The notes: a model not told the origin generated them from the sequence alone. A stretch of DNA of 64,000 nucleotides from an uncultured Elusimicrobia bacterium (GCA_964441955.1 CAYTWA010000007.1:71555-135554); one strand, 5' to 3'. Positions 37,685 to 46,910 are shown, numbered from the stretch's first letter. Translations and numbers: made by a program.

Positions 37685-38229
37685 TTCGTTTTTATAATCT
37701 CCTGATGCAGGGCCAACGTTTGCCTCAGCCCATCTGCCACGGCCTGACAGGTTAGTGTTGCGCCCGTCACATTTGGGATGTCGCGGCGCAAACGGACCGG
37801 TTCGGTGTGTTTGCGCCCGGTCAGTAAATCAAACCAGGTGCGTCGGGGCAAATAATCCTCAGGCTCAAAAAACGAGAGTACCTCGACGCGGGACACCGTT
37901 CCATCCGGGCGAACGACAATCATGAGGGTCATCGGCATGGTCCGCACTAGACGGGTTTCAAAAAAAGCGGTGCCTAGAATTTTTCCGTCGCGCGTTCCGA
38001 TGTAATACGAATAGACAAGTGATTCCAGGCGAGTTTTAGATTTCGATTGAATTGATTCCGCCTGGTCGGGGGTCAGAAACGCGGTTCGGCGGTCAATGGA
38101 GGCTCCGGCCTCAAATACTTTGGCCAGAGCCTCCTCTTGGCTCATGAAAAGCCTGGCGTGAGCTCCCTGCGTGGCGGGCACGACGAGCGCAGGAACGCTT
38201 AGAAGCCATGTCAATCGCTCCCATCCCAT
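37681..38229 (-). CDS. Secreted FMN-binding domain protein (FMN_bind; flavinylation motif TGATLT)
   Basis: Signal peptide. 'DIPNVTGATLTCQAV' matches the [ST]GAT[ST] covalent FMN attachment motif of NqrC/RnfG-type domains. Confidence 0.6.
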   Translation of the reverse strand: MGWERLTWLLSVPALVVPATQGAHARLFMSQEEALAKVFEAGASIDRRTAFLTPDQAESIQSKSKTRLESLVYSYYIGTRDGKILGTAFFETRLVRTMPMTLMIVVRPDGTVSRVEVLSFFEPEDYLPRRTWFDLLTGRKHTEPVRLRRDIPNVTGATLTCQAVADGLRQTLALHQEIIKTK

Positions 38230-39561
38230 TTAGAAGATATACCCCAGCGCGAAGTTGACTTGATTGACCCCGGTTTCGGCCTGATTGTCGAGGTCTTGCC
38301 ATTCGCCTTTTACGACCACTTGGGGGATGGGCTTATAGGTCAAACCAACGGTGTACTCCGTACGGCTGTTGGCGGCACTTTTCGTATAGCCCCCGGGAAC
38401 GCGCTGCTGCGTATCGTAGCGTTCATAACGAAAGAAGGGCGCGAGGTAATGATTGGTATTCATGAGGGAAAACACATTGTAAGCGACCTGGGCATAGCCC
38501 CCGAAAAGGCGTTCGCCGACCGAGCAGGTGCCGCTCGTGCAAGGGGTTGCCATGCCCCGGTTGATGAGCGCGGCGTCACCGATGGTTCCTTGAGCATAAA
38601 GACCGCGCAGTTCAACTCCGCTTCGTTCCAAGGACGCATGCGCCTCCCAAAGCGTGATGGGCGCATCGACTTCTTGGTTGTTGACCGTGGCATTCTGCCC
38701 GGCTTGGCCTGTATATAAGGAAGCGCCTATCTGGGTGTTGGGTAAACCGACATAGTCAAGCCGTCCCACCCAGGCCACATCTTCTGCAAAACTACGAGCG
38801 CCTTTGGAGCGGCCGTTTCGAATACCGGAAGAAGCCGAGAAACCGCTGACGCCAGTTCCGTTAGTTGCCTGGAGGCCGGCCAGCACGTACGACCGGTAAC
38901 TAAAAGGCCCCACATCGCCAAATACGCCAACGCCGTTTTCGCGCCAGGTGGAGGGAATAATGGATTGTTCCACAGAGGGCCGCACAGCGCCGTGGTAGGC
39001 GGTCGGCTCATGGAGCTCATTGGTAAACCCCATAGGGACTAGCATCATGCCGGCGCGCAGCGCGGCGGGTTTAGTCAATATAAAATCAAGATAGGCAAAT
39101 TCTATGCTGACTTCTCCACGCGGCGTCTGGGAGGTGCTGGCGTTGTCCGTGGAGGCATGTTCATATTCAATTTCCGAATTGAAAAGAATTTTGTCGTTGA
39201 ATTTAAAGCCCGCATAAAGAACGGCGCGTAGAAAGTCCAAATCCCTTCGCGATCCCGAGGCGGTTCCGTTGTCGCGCTCATTGTCGAATTCGCGCAGCAC
39301 CATTTCGCCGTAACCGCCAAGCGACACGCCGCGGTTCACATGGTAAACCTTCGAGGCGGCGGGCGAAAGCCCAAATTTGGGCTCATAAACGGCCGGTGTC
39401 TTTTCGGAAGCGGCGCCCAGCTTTGATTTTTCAAGTTCCTGGGTTAAGGCATCCACCTTTCGTTCCATTTCGATTTTCCACTGCGCGTCGGCCGTAGGTT
39501 CCTCCGCATGGGCCCATCCCAAAACCCCCGTCAACATCCCCAGCCTCATCCATCGTTTCAC
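38230..39561 (-). CDS. Outer-membrane porin (OprP/OprO-like beta-barrel)
   Basis: Signal peptide 'MKRWMRLGMLTGVLGWAHA', coiled N-terminal segment, beta-strand pattern and C-terminal 'ALGYIF'. Confidence 0.55.
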   Translation of the reverse strand: MKRWMRLGMLTGVLGWAHAEEPTADAQWKIEMERKVDALTQELEKSKLGAASEKTPAVYEPKFGLSPAASKVYHVNRGVSLGGYGEMVLREFDNERDNGTASGSRRDLDFLRAVLYAGFKFNDKILFNSEIEYEHASTDNASTSQTPRGEVSIEFAYLDFILTKPAALRAGMMLVPMGFTNELHEPTAYHGAVRPSVEQSIIPSTWRENGVGVFGDVGPFSYRSYVLAGLQATNGTGVSGFSASSGIRNGRSKGARSFAEDVAWVGRLDYVGLPNTQIGASLYTGQAGQNATVNNQEVDAPITLWEAHASLERSGVELRGLYAQGTIGDAALINRGMATPCTSGTCSVGERLFGGYAQVAYNVFSLMNTNHYLAPFFRYERYDTQQRVPGGYTKSAANSRTEYTVGLTYKPIPQVVVKGEWQDLDNQAETGVNQVNFALGYIF

Positions 39562-39962
39562 GGTTTGACTCCTTGGTAGTAAAGTGGCATCTCATGTGCT
39601 CTTGGCCTTGCTAAGCTTAAGCATAATAGTTATATTGAAACCATGTTTCAATAGAAACAGATCGCAAGACGCCATTCTCGACGTAGTCAGGGTCATTTAT
39701 TAACAATAATGTCTATTTAGAAAAGTTTGAATCGGCTTCTGATATTCGCTGCGGATGCGATCGGCTTCTAGCTCGCCGTGTGACGGAAGGCTATGAACTT
39801 AAATGCAGCCGTTGCAAGGCCGTCTGGTTTTTACCGGGAGATTTGGCTGAACGGCCCCTACTGCTGCAAAGCGCCCCTAAAAAGACATCGTGAGGAGAAC
39901 GAATCCGGCGCGGCGCCCCGGAGTTGCCTTAATACCCCCCCGAGGCGCCGCTGGCGTCTTGA

Positions 39963-40262
39963 TTATTTCGTTACTTTCTTTTCCATCATTTTGTCGAACT
40001 TAACCATTTGTTCCGGCGTTAAAAGCGCGCGTATTTGGTCCCGCGCCTCTTTTTCGGCCGCGTCGATCTTTTCATACTTTTGGGCTTTAATAGAATGGAC
40101 TTGGGTTTTTTGATCGGGCGTTAATTTTAAGTCAGCCGCGAACCTATCAAGTTTTTTACCGCGTTCCTCCGCCGTCATGGTGTCTTCATAAGCGTGGGTG
40201 AGATGCGGAACAGCGGCGCCCAGCAGCATTGCGGCCGCAAGGCCTGTGGTGAAGTTTTTCAT
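39963..40262 (-). CDS. Periplasmic LTXXQ-motif protein (Spy/CpxP/ZraP family)
   Basis: Signal peptide and two LTxxQ motifs ('LKLTPDQK', 'LLTPEQM'). Confidence 0.6.
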   Translation of the reverse strand: MKNFTTGLAAAMLLGAAVPHLTHAYEDTMTAEERGKKLDRFAADLKLTPDQKTQVHSIKAQKYEKIDAAEKEARDQIRALLTPEQMVKFDKMMEKKVTK

Positions 40263-40362
40263 GGTGTCCTCCGTGAATTTTAAGCGTCTGGGTAATTAGA
40301 CAGACACTTTACTTTGCGGTTACAACTGGTTTTCAAGAGGCCGTTTCAGTATAAACACGCCT

Positions 40363-40716
40363 ATGGCCGCTTTAGAAAAAGGAAAACAGGCTCCGAACTG
40401 GAAATTTAAAGACCAGGAGGGGAAAACCCACGCGCTTTGGGATTTTAGGCAAAAGCATCACACCATCCTTATCTACGAGCCCAAAACGACGGTTGAAAAG
40501 GCGAGGCAATGGCAGCAGGCTATTCACGCCGACCGCCAGCAATGGGACTGGCTTAATGTCCGTTTCTTTATTTTGAAAAAAGCGCCTGCGGAGCTTTTGC
40601 CCGGCGCTTATGTGATCGACCGATATGGGCGTCTTTGGAATTATTTCTCATCGGACCATTGGAGTTTCGCCGACCTGGAAAAAGATTTGATTTATTATGA
40701 AGCGAGGCATTGCTAA
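40363..40716 (+). CDS. Thioredoxin/peroxiredoxin-fold-like small protein lacking catalytic Cys, immediately upstream of top6B
   Basis: 'KGKQAPNWKFKDQEGKTHALWDFRQKHHTILIY' resembles a peroxiredoxin N-terminus, but there is no CxxC or peroxidatic Cys. Confidence 0.35.
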   Translation: MAALEKGKQAPNWKFKDQEGKTHALWDFRQKHHTILIYEPKTTVEKARQWQQAIHADRQQWDWLNVRFFILKKAPAELLPGAYVIDRYGRLWNYFSSDHWSFADLEKDLIYYEARHC

Positions 40717-40719
40717 GGA

Positions 40720-42336
40720 ATGGCCTTAAAAAAGAAACTCCCTGTCCAAAAAGAAGCCCCGGCGCTAAAGCCCCTTAAAAAAGAAGCCGCGACCGAAGCC
40801 GACCGCCAAGCCGCTAAGCAGCGGGATATCTCTGTCTCCGAATTTTTTCTAAAAAATCGTCATCTGTTGGGGTTTGATAACGCCAAAAAAGCGCTGCTCA
40901 CGACAATTAAGGAAGCGGTGGATAACAGTTTGGATGCCTGCGAAGAAGCCAAAATCCTTCCGGAAATTTATGTCGAGGTCAAAGGACTGGACCAGGCGGA
41001 TCGTTTTGTCGTGATCGTGGAAGACAATGGCCCCGGCATTGTAAAGGAACAAATCCCCAGCATCTTTGCCAAACTGCTCTACGGGTCTAAATTTCATGCC
41101 ATGAAGCAGGCGCGCGGCCAACAGGGGATCGGCATTTCAGCGGCTGGCATGTATGGCCAACTGACTACAGGCGTGCCGACTCGCATCACCTCTCGCATCT
41201 CGGCCAAGAAGCCGGCGCATTATTTTGAACTCCAAATTGATACGGCTAAAAACAAGCCCACGATCGTCAAAGACGAAGTGATTCACTGGAAAAAACCGCA
41301 TGGCACGAAGGTGCAAATCGAACTAGAAGCAAAATACCAAAAGGGCCCGCGCTCGGTGGATGATTACATCCGCCAAACGGCGCTCGCCAACCCGCACGCG
41401 ACGATTCACTTTAAAAGCCCCGAAGGCGACAAGGCGGACTACAAGGCGGCGACTAAAAAGTTGCCTGTTGCGTCGAAAGAAATCAAGCCGCATCCGCATG
41501 GGGTGGAGCTTGGCATCTTAATGAAAATGCTCAAATCCACCAACGCCCGAAAAGTGGGAGCATTTTTATCGAAAGATTTTGCCCGAGTTTCGCCGCGTGT
41601 GGCGCATGCGATCTTAAAAGCGGCGGGGATTGAGGCGGATGCCAAACCAGCCGAGATCGCCCATCAAGAAGCCGACAAACTTCACCGCGCCATAAGCGCC
41701 ACGAAATTGATGAACCCCCCGACCAATTGCCTCTCTCCTATCGGTGAAGCGGCGATGCTTGCTGGGATTAAGGAAAACGTCGAAGCCGACTTTTACACCG
41801 CTTTGACGCGGCCGCCTTCGGTGTACCGCGGCAACCCGTTTCAAATTGAAGTGGCCCTTGCTTATGGCGGTAAGATGCCGCCCGAGGAACTGGCCCAGCT
41901 GCTGCGGTTTGCCAACCGCGTGCCGCTTCTCTATCAGCAAAGTGCGTGCGCCACCACCAAAAGCGTTTTGCAGATGGGTTGGAAAAACTATGGCGTCAAC
42001 CAATCGAAAGGGGCGCTGCCTACGGCCCCGCTTATGATAGCGGTTCACATGGCGAGCGTTTGGGTGCCCTTTACCTCGGAATCCAAGGAAGCGATCGCTT
42101 CCTACGAGGAAATCATTAAAGAAATCAAATTGGCGCTTCAAGAATGCGGACGCCGGCTGGATGCCTATTTGCGCCGCGGCGCGCGCGAAGCGGAGGCGAA
42201 GCGCAAACGCGACTACATTAAGTCCTACCTGCCGCACATCGGCATCGGCTTGCGTGAGATATTAGGCTTCAAGGAAAAAGAGCAGAAGAAGGTTTTGAAT
42301 TTGCTCATCGACATCCTGGAAAAGGAGCGCGCCTAA
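40720..42336 (+). CDS. top6B: DNA topoisomerase VI subunit B (GHKL/Bergerat ATPase)
   Basis: N-box 'EAVDNSLDA', G-boxes 'DNGPGI' and 'GQQGIGISAA', H2TH and transducer regions. Confidence 0.85.
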   Translation: MALKKKLPVQKEAPALKPLKKEAATEADRQAAKQRDISVSEFFLKNRHLLGFDNAKKALLTTIKEAVDNSLDACEEAKILPEIYVEVKGLDQADRFVVIVEDNGPGIVKEQIPSIFAKLLYGSKFHAMKQARGQQGIGISAAGMYGQLTTGVPTRITSRISAKKPAHYFELQIDTAKNKPTIVKDEVIHWKKPHGTKVQIELEAKYQKGPRSVDDYIRQTALANPHATIHFKSPEGDKADYKAATKKLPVASKEIKPHPHGVELGILMKMLKSTNARKVGAFLSKDFARVSPRVAHAILKAAGIEADAKPAEIAHQEADKLHRAISATKLMNPPTNCLSPIGEAAMLAGIKENVEADFYTALTRPPSVYRGNPFQIEVALAYGGKMPPEELAQLLRFANRVPLLYQQSACATTKSVLQMGWKNYGVNQSKGALPTAPLMIAVHMASVWVPFTSESKEAIASYEEIIKEIKLALQECGRRLDAYLRRGAREAEAKRKRDYIKSYLPHIGIGLREILGFKEKEQKKVLNLLIDILEKERA

Positions 42337-43427
42337 TGGACCGATCCACCGAAAAGTTAATTCACCAGGACGCCGAAAAGCTGTACCAGGAAATTTTGAA
42401 GAAAAAAATACCGATGCTGGACTTCCCCATGCGCAGCCTTGAGAACGTCACCTACGACAAGAAGAAGGGCTATTTTGAAATCGGGGATCGCGTGGTGGAA
42501 CGCACGCTGTCCTACAACACGATTAAAACCTTCGCGCAAACGGTTCGCATGATGGCGCTCTCGCATGAGATCGTCAAAAAAGACGATATGGCCACCAAAC
42601 GGGAGGCGTATTACGTCTCTAAAAATTGGGGCGAAGCGCGTTTTACCGAACAGCCGGAGTCCGACACGATCATGGACGACATCGAAGCTCATTTTCGTTT
42701 GAACCGGGAGAAGCTGGGTTTTATTCCGGAGGAAAAAGGCGGCGACATCGTGGGGAAACTCACCGTCATCGACAAAGACCCCAACACCGGCAAAGAGATC
42801 CGCATCGACTGTACGGGTTTTGGCTCCGGCGCTTATTCCATTCCAACCGATTGCGAGGGGCTTAAGTTTGAAACCAAAGCCAAATACATTTTGGCCATCG
42901 AAACGGCCGGCATGTTTCAGCGGCTTGTGAAGCATAACTTCTACACCACGGATAACTGCATTTTAATTTCCATGGGCGGAGTGCCGACGCGTGCATGCCG
43001 CCGGTTTATTCGCCGCTTAGCCGATGAACACAAGCTTCCGGTGTACGCCTTCGTGGACGGCGATCCGTACGGCATGACGAACATTTACCGAACGCTGAAG
43101 GTGGGGTCGGGCAATAACGCGCATTTAAACACCTTCTTTTGCGTTCCACAGGCGAGTTACCTAGGCGTAACCCCACAGGACATCATCGACTTTAAACTAA
43201 AAGACGCCACACACCCTCTCGCCGAAGTCGACATCAAGCGCGCCAAAGACGCCTTAAAAAGCGATCCCTTCATCAAGGCGCACAAACCGTGGCGAGACGC
43301 CATCGAACAGATGCTCGAAATGGGTGTGCGCGTCGAACAGCAGGCCTTCGCCAAACACGGCCTTAACCACGTGATCGAAAAATATCTGCCCATCAAACTG
43401 AAAAAGCCCTCCAAATTTTTGCCCTGA
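42336..43427 (+). CDS. top6A: DNA topoisomerase VI subunit A (Spo11-like; WHD + Toprim)
   Basis: 'KREAYYVSKNW' carries the catalytic Tyr. Toprim 'LAIETAGMF..FVDGDPYG'. Start overlaps the top6B stop. Confidence 0.85.
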   Translation: MDRSTEKLIHQDAEKLYQEILKKKIPMLDFPMRSLENVTYDKKKGYFEIGDRVVERTLSYNTIKTFAQTVRMMALSHEIVKKDDMATKREAYYVSKNWGEARFTEQPESDTIMDDIEAHFRLNREKLGFIPEEKGGDIVGKLTVIDKDPNTGKEIRIDCTGFGSGAYSIPTDCEGLKFETKAKYILAIETAGMFQRLVKHNFYTTDNCILISMGGVPTRACRRFIRRLADEHKLPVYAFVDGDPYGMTNIYRTLKVGSGNNAHLNTFFCVPQASYLGVTPQDIIDFKLKDATHPLAEVDIKRAKDALKSDPFIKAHKPWRDAIEQMLEMGVRVEQQAFAKHGLNHVIEKYLPIKLKKPSKFLP

Positions 43428-43500
43428 CTTTCTGTAACCTCTCCGTTCGAAATCTGTCTTAACAGACAGTTCTCAAAACGTTTTAATTCCGGAGGGTCCA

Positions 43501-44070
43501 ATGTCTATGTTAAACCTTAAGTCTAAGACCGATGCGATTTCGATGCTGATGGAGGATCACGAAAAAGTCAAAGGCCTCTTTGATCAGTTTGAAAAAGCAG
43601 ACAACCACTCGCAAAAAATGAAGTGCGTTGAAAAAGCCATCGAAGAATTAAAGGTACACGCCGCCATCGAAGAAGAAATTTTTTACCCAGCCGTGCGCCA
43701 GAAATTAGACGACCCTGAAGGCATCATGGAAGAGGCTGATGAAGAGCACCATGTCGCCAAAGTGCTCATCGCCGAACTCGACATGATGACCGGCAAAGAA
43801 GAACACTGGGAAGCAAAGTTCACCGTTTTAGCGGAAAATATCCGCCACCATATTAAGGAGGAAGAAGGCGAGATGCTGCCCGAGGCACGGAAAACGCCGA
43901 TTGATTTCGAAGCCTTAGGCGCTCAAATGATGGCGCGGAAAAAAGAACTTCAGGAAAAGGGCGTCCCGCCGGATGCCGAAGCCAAAATGGTGAAAAAAAG
44001 CGGCTTACGCGGAGACAGCCCTGCAAAACACGCGCAGAAAAAAGTGACTGTGCCCCTTCAGTCCAACTAA
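43501..44070 (+). CDS. Hemerythrin HHE cation-binding domain protein
   Basis: 'MEDHEKV..LKVHAAIEEEIFYP..EEHHVAK..HHIKEEEGEM' His/Glu ligand pattern. Confidence 0.75.
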   Translation: MSMLNLKSKTDAISMLMEDHEKVKGLFDQFEKADNHSQKMKCVEKAIEELKVHAAIEEEIFYPAVRQKLDDPEGIMEEADEEHHVAKVLIAELDMMTGKEEHWEAKFTVLAENIRHHIKEEEGEMLPEARKTPIDFEALGAQMMARKKELQEKGVPPDAEAKMVKKSGLRGDSPAKHAQKKVTVPLQSN

Positions 44071-44198
44071 CCCATACGGCGGCGCATAGACTCGTGCAGC
44101 CGCGCCCTTTCCGCCCGTAGGGTGCGTCTTATGAGGATGGGTCAGCGTGACGTTTGCCTTTTGGCATACCCGCCAGCCATACTATGATCCGTTTTGTG

Positions 44199-44228
44199 AA
44201 ACGGATATTTTGTTTTGGGTTGATGCTT
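44199..44228 (+). terminator. Rho-independent terminator candidate (ccgttt-tgtg-aaacgg + T-rich tail)
   Basis: Hairpin plus 'atattttgtttt', downstream of the hemerythrin gene. Confidence 0.45.
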
Positions 44229-44623
44229 TTATTTCTTCCTTTGGATCTTTTTGCCCGTGGGATGGCCTTGGCAGACCCGTTTTTCCCCTGCGCTGTTCAC
44301 CAATGCCGCTGCTCGAATCGTCTAAAGTGCCTAACGCGCTGCTGTTGTTTCCCAGGCAACAAAAAGGAACGCCGCGACGCGCGCCCCAAAATGAAAAGTT
44401 GCGGCGGGTTTGACGAACAAGCCGATGCGTCTTCGCTTCGTATTGTCGTCACACCCTCGCCGTGGATGCTGCGTTTGCAAGCTGTTCACCACGTCGAAGA
44501 CCTTCCTTTGACCTGCCAGACGCTTGTTTTTGATATCCCCACGCCGCCACCCAACTTCGCCGCCTCCTAAGCCGTTCATTATTTATCGGTTATTGGTTTC
44601 TAAAACCTTCATAGGAGGCTTTT

Positions 44624-45595
44624 ATGATTTTGGCATTTCTCTTGTTGTTTTTTTCCGCCGGAGCTTGGGCGAGCTGCGGCTGCGTCGCCGGTTGCCCGTT
44701 GGACATCCGCAGTGCTCAGGAATGGCGTGCAAAAGAAGTGCGAGTGGGGTATGAGTTCGAATTCATGGATCAAAACCAACCGCGCATCGGTACGCACAAG
44801 GCCGCGGTGGGTGAAAGGAGGGGGCATCACGATGAAGAGCGAAGCATCAATCGCATCCATCGCCTCACGGTGTCAGCCGCCGTCACCAATCGCTGGAGCG
44901 TGGACTTAGCCCTTCCTTACATCAGCCGAAGCCACCGGCACATCCACAACCACGACGATGGCGACACCATGGCCCAAGGGTGGGATTTTGGCGGTATCGG
45001 GGATCTTTCCGTGCGCACACGCTACACCATTTGGAAGCCCAGTGAAAAGCACCAGCCTACCCTGTCGCTGATCGCTGGGCTTGAGGCGCCGACGGGTAAA
45101 ACCCATGTCGACAATCACGATGGGAGCCATGCCGAGCCGTCCATAACCCCCGGGTCGGACTCGTGGGATTTTCTGGCGGGGTTTTCGACTCTTCAGCAGT
45201 ACCGTGCCCCCATGGTGTCTGGAGGTGATGGGCTGCTGCCGGTGTTCTTTAGCCTCACCCATCAGTGGAACGGCCAAGGCCATGAGGATTACCGTTTAGG
45301 ACGGGTGCTCACGCTTTCCGCGGGCACTGTCTATCCGGTGCTCACGCAATGGGGGGTGGTGACGCAGTTAAACGTCGTCCATAAAGGAAAAGAGGATGCC
45401 GGATCGACCAACGAAGAAGTAGGGAAGACAGGCGGCGAGTTCCTTTATGTGACTCCCGGCCTTCAGTGGCGTCCGACGACCGCCTTGGATATTTCGGCCT
45501 TGGTTCAGCTGCCTGTGCATCAACGTGTAAACGAAATCCAACTCACATCCCAGTACAACGTGCTCGTGAGCGTAGGGTATCGCTTCCAGCTGTAA
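44624..45595 (+). CDS. Outer-membrane beta-barrel protein (MetA-pathway/transporter-like OMP) with Cys cluster after the signal peptide and a His-rich loop
   Basis: Signal peptide, 'CGCVAGC', 'HRHIHNHDDGD' and C-terminal 'VSVGYRFQL'. Confidence 0.5.
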   Translation: MILAFLLLFFSAGAWASCGCVAGCPLDIRSAQEWRAKEVRVGYEFEFMDQNQPRIGTHKAAVGERRGHHDEERSINRIHRLTVSAAVTNRWSVDLALPYISRSHRHIHNHDDGDTMAQGWDFGGIGDLSVRTRYTIWKPSEKHQPTLSLIAGLEAPTGKTHVDNHDGSHAEPSITPGSDSWDFLAGFSTLQQYRAPMVSGGDGLLPVFFSLTHQWNGQGHEDYRLGRVLTLSAGTVYPVLTQWGVVTQLNVVHKGKEDAGSTNEEVGKTGGEFLYVTPGLQWRPTTALDISALVQLPVHQRVNEIQLTSQYNVLVSVGYRFQL

Positions 45596-45667
45596 ACGTA
45601 TCGACGCGCTCTGCTGCCGTTTGAATTGGACGTCATGAAAGCGGCACAGACCGCCTCAGCTTAAATT

Positions 45668-45725
45668 GGGGACGGAGCCAAAGATCGTACACATTGCTCT
45701 TTTAGGTCCGTCCCCCTTTTCTATT
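45668..45725 (+). terminator. Rho-independent terminator (GGGGACGGA...TCCGTCCCC + TTTTTCTATTTT)
   Basis: 9-bp GC stem followed by a T-run, immediately after the OMP gene. Confidence 0.6.
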
Positions 45726-45743
45726 TTCCGGATTCGGCGCGAT

Positions 45744-46526
45744 CTAAAAATGGCGCTGGGTAATCGAGGAAGGATCGAAGAGGAAACTTGGGGATTGAGG
45801 ATCCTCGTCTAATTTAAAAAGAATGTCCACAAGCCGGCAGACGCTCGCTGAAAAATCCAGCGACCAATGGTCGTCGTAAATCTCTCCTCGGTCGCCCATG
45901 CGTCGCACGCGATAGCCCCCGTTCTCACGTTTAAATGTGATATCGGCCATAAAGTGCTCAAAGGCGAAATCGTTGTTGTCTTTGATCAGACCGTCTAGAG
46001 CGTTCACCCATTGATCACGCGGAGGCATTATTAATAGTGGCATAAGTCTGGGTTTTTGGGTTTGCGTCAGAGAGCGAACCATCAAGTCTTGCACCAATTC
46101 GTGAGTCATGACGACATGCCGGGGTTCGGTGCGGCCGAGGAAGCCAGGTTTATTGGCGAGGGTAAAGAAACAGTGGCCCAGCCTGTCCAAAAACTTGTGC
46201 ACTAACAAATAGGCAACGTTGACGTTATCGGCAAAGTTATATCGGTTCACAATTTTTGTGCCCTCGCGCGTTATTTCGCTGATTCGACGAGACGTCAGAG
46301 GGGGTTGCCCGGCTTTGATGAGACGATATCCTTCCAGATGGCGGTCCTCGATCGTTGTCAGAACCGTTTCCATGTCCCTGATTTCCAGCGAATCAGGTGT
46401 GGGCGCATGCAAAATGGCTGATTGATCTAGGCGGGGGTAAGACGTAATTTGCCATTGGAAAGCGTCTCTTAAATCTTTCGGCGTGACGACGATCGGGTCT
46501 AGACGGTTCCAAATTTCAATCTTCAT
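45744..46526 (-). CDS. Hypothetical protein (260 aa)
   Basis: Intact ORF with normal codon usage. No recognisable motif. Confidence 0.4.
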   Translation of the reverse strand: MKIEIWNRLDPIVVTPKDLRDAFQWQITSYPRLDQSAILHAPTPDSLEIRDMETVLTTIEDRHLEGYRLIKAGQPPLTSRRISEITREGTKIVNRYNFADNVNVAYLLVHKFLDRLGHCFFTLANKPGFLGRTEPRHVVMTHELVQDLMVRSLTQTQKPRLMPLLIMPPRDQWVNALDGLIKDNNDFAFEHFMADITFKRENGGYRVRRMGDRGEIYDDHWSLDFSASVCRLVDILFKLDEDPQSPSFLFDPSSITQRHF

Positions 46527-46721
46527 GGGCTAAATTTTAGCATCCCACCCTGCGAGTCATCGCCCAAATCCTCCGGTAATTCTTATGACTCGACAGTGAT
46601 TTTGAAAAACGCTTCACCAGAATGGTGAAAAATCTCTGCCGTCATCCCGGCAAGCCGTCCCTCTTACAACTGAGGGACTGTCCCTTCCGATAGATTCAAA
46701 GGAATGGGACGTAAGCCGGGA

Positions 46722-46741
46722 CCTGCCTGCCGGCAGGCAGG
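46722..46741. promoter_or_regulatory. Perfect 20-bp palindrome CCTGCCTGCCGGCAGGCAGG in the divergent intergenic region
   Basis: Verified self-reverse-complementary. Confidence 0.5.
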
Positions 46742-46910
46742 ATCCAGTGGCGTTGACGTCGAAGACGCTGGACCCCGTACCCGAACAGGGCACGTACCCA
46801 TCCTTTGAGCAAGAAAGGAAAGGGTACGGCTAACAATCCGCCGGGGTGACGACATAAAAATCGATCCTTGTCGGAGGATTTGGGTATAGAGGTTTCTTTC
46901 CCATTTTCCC

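Noticed and set aside
44154-44570. 138-aa Cys-rich ORF as a real secreted protein
   Set aside because: It spans an intrinsic-terminator-like hairpin and T-run and lacks a convincing RBS. More likely non-coding intergenic sequence.
46560-46890. Structured ncRNA (SRP RNA, RNase P or tmRNA-like) in the palindrome-rich gap
   Set aside because: No match to the conserved cores I can recall for 4.5S, RNase P or tmRNA. The 13-nt long-range inverted repeat could occur by chance within a 300-bp span. Retained only as regulatory palindromes.
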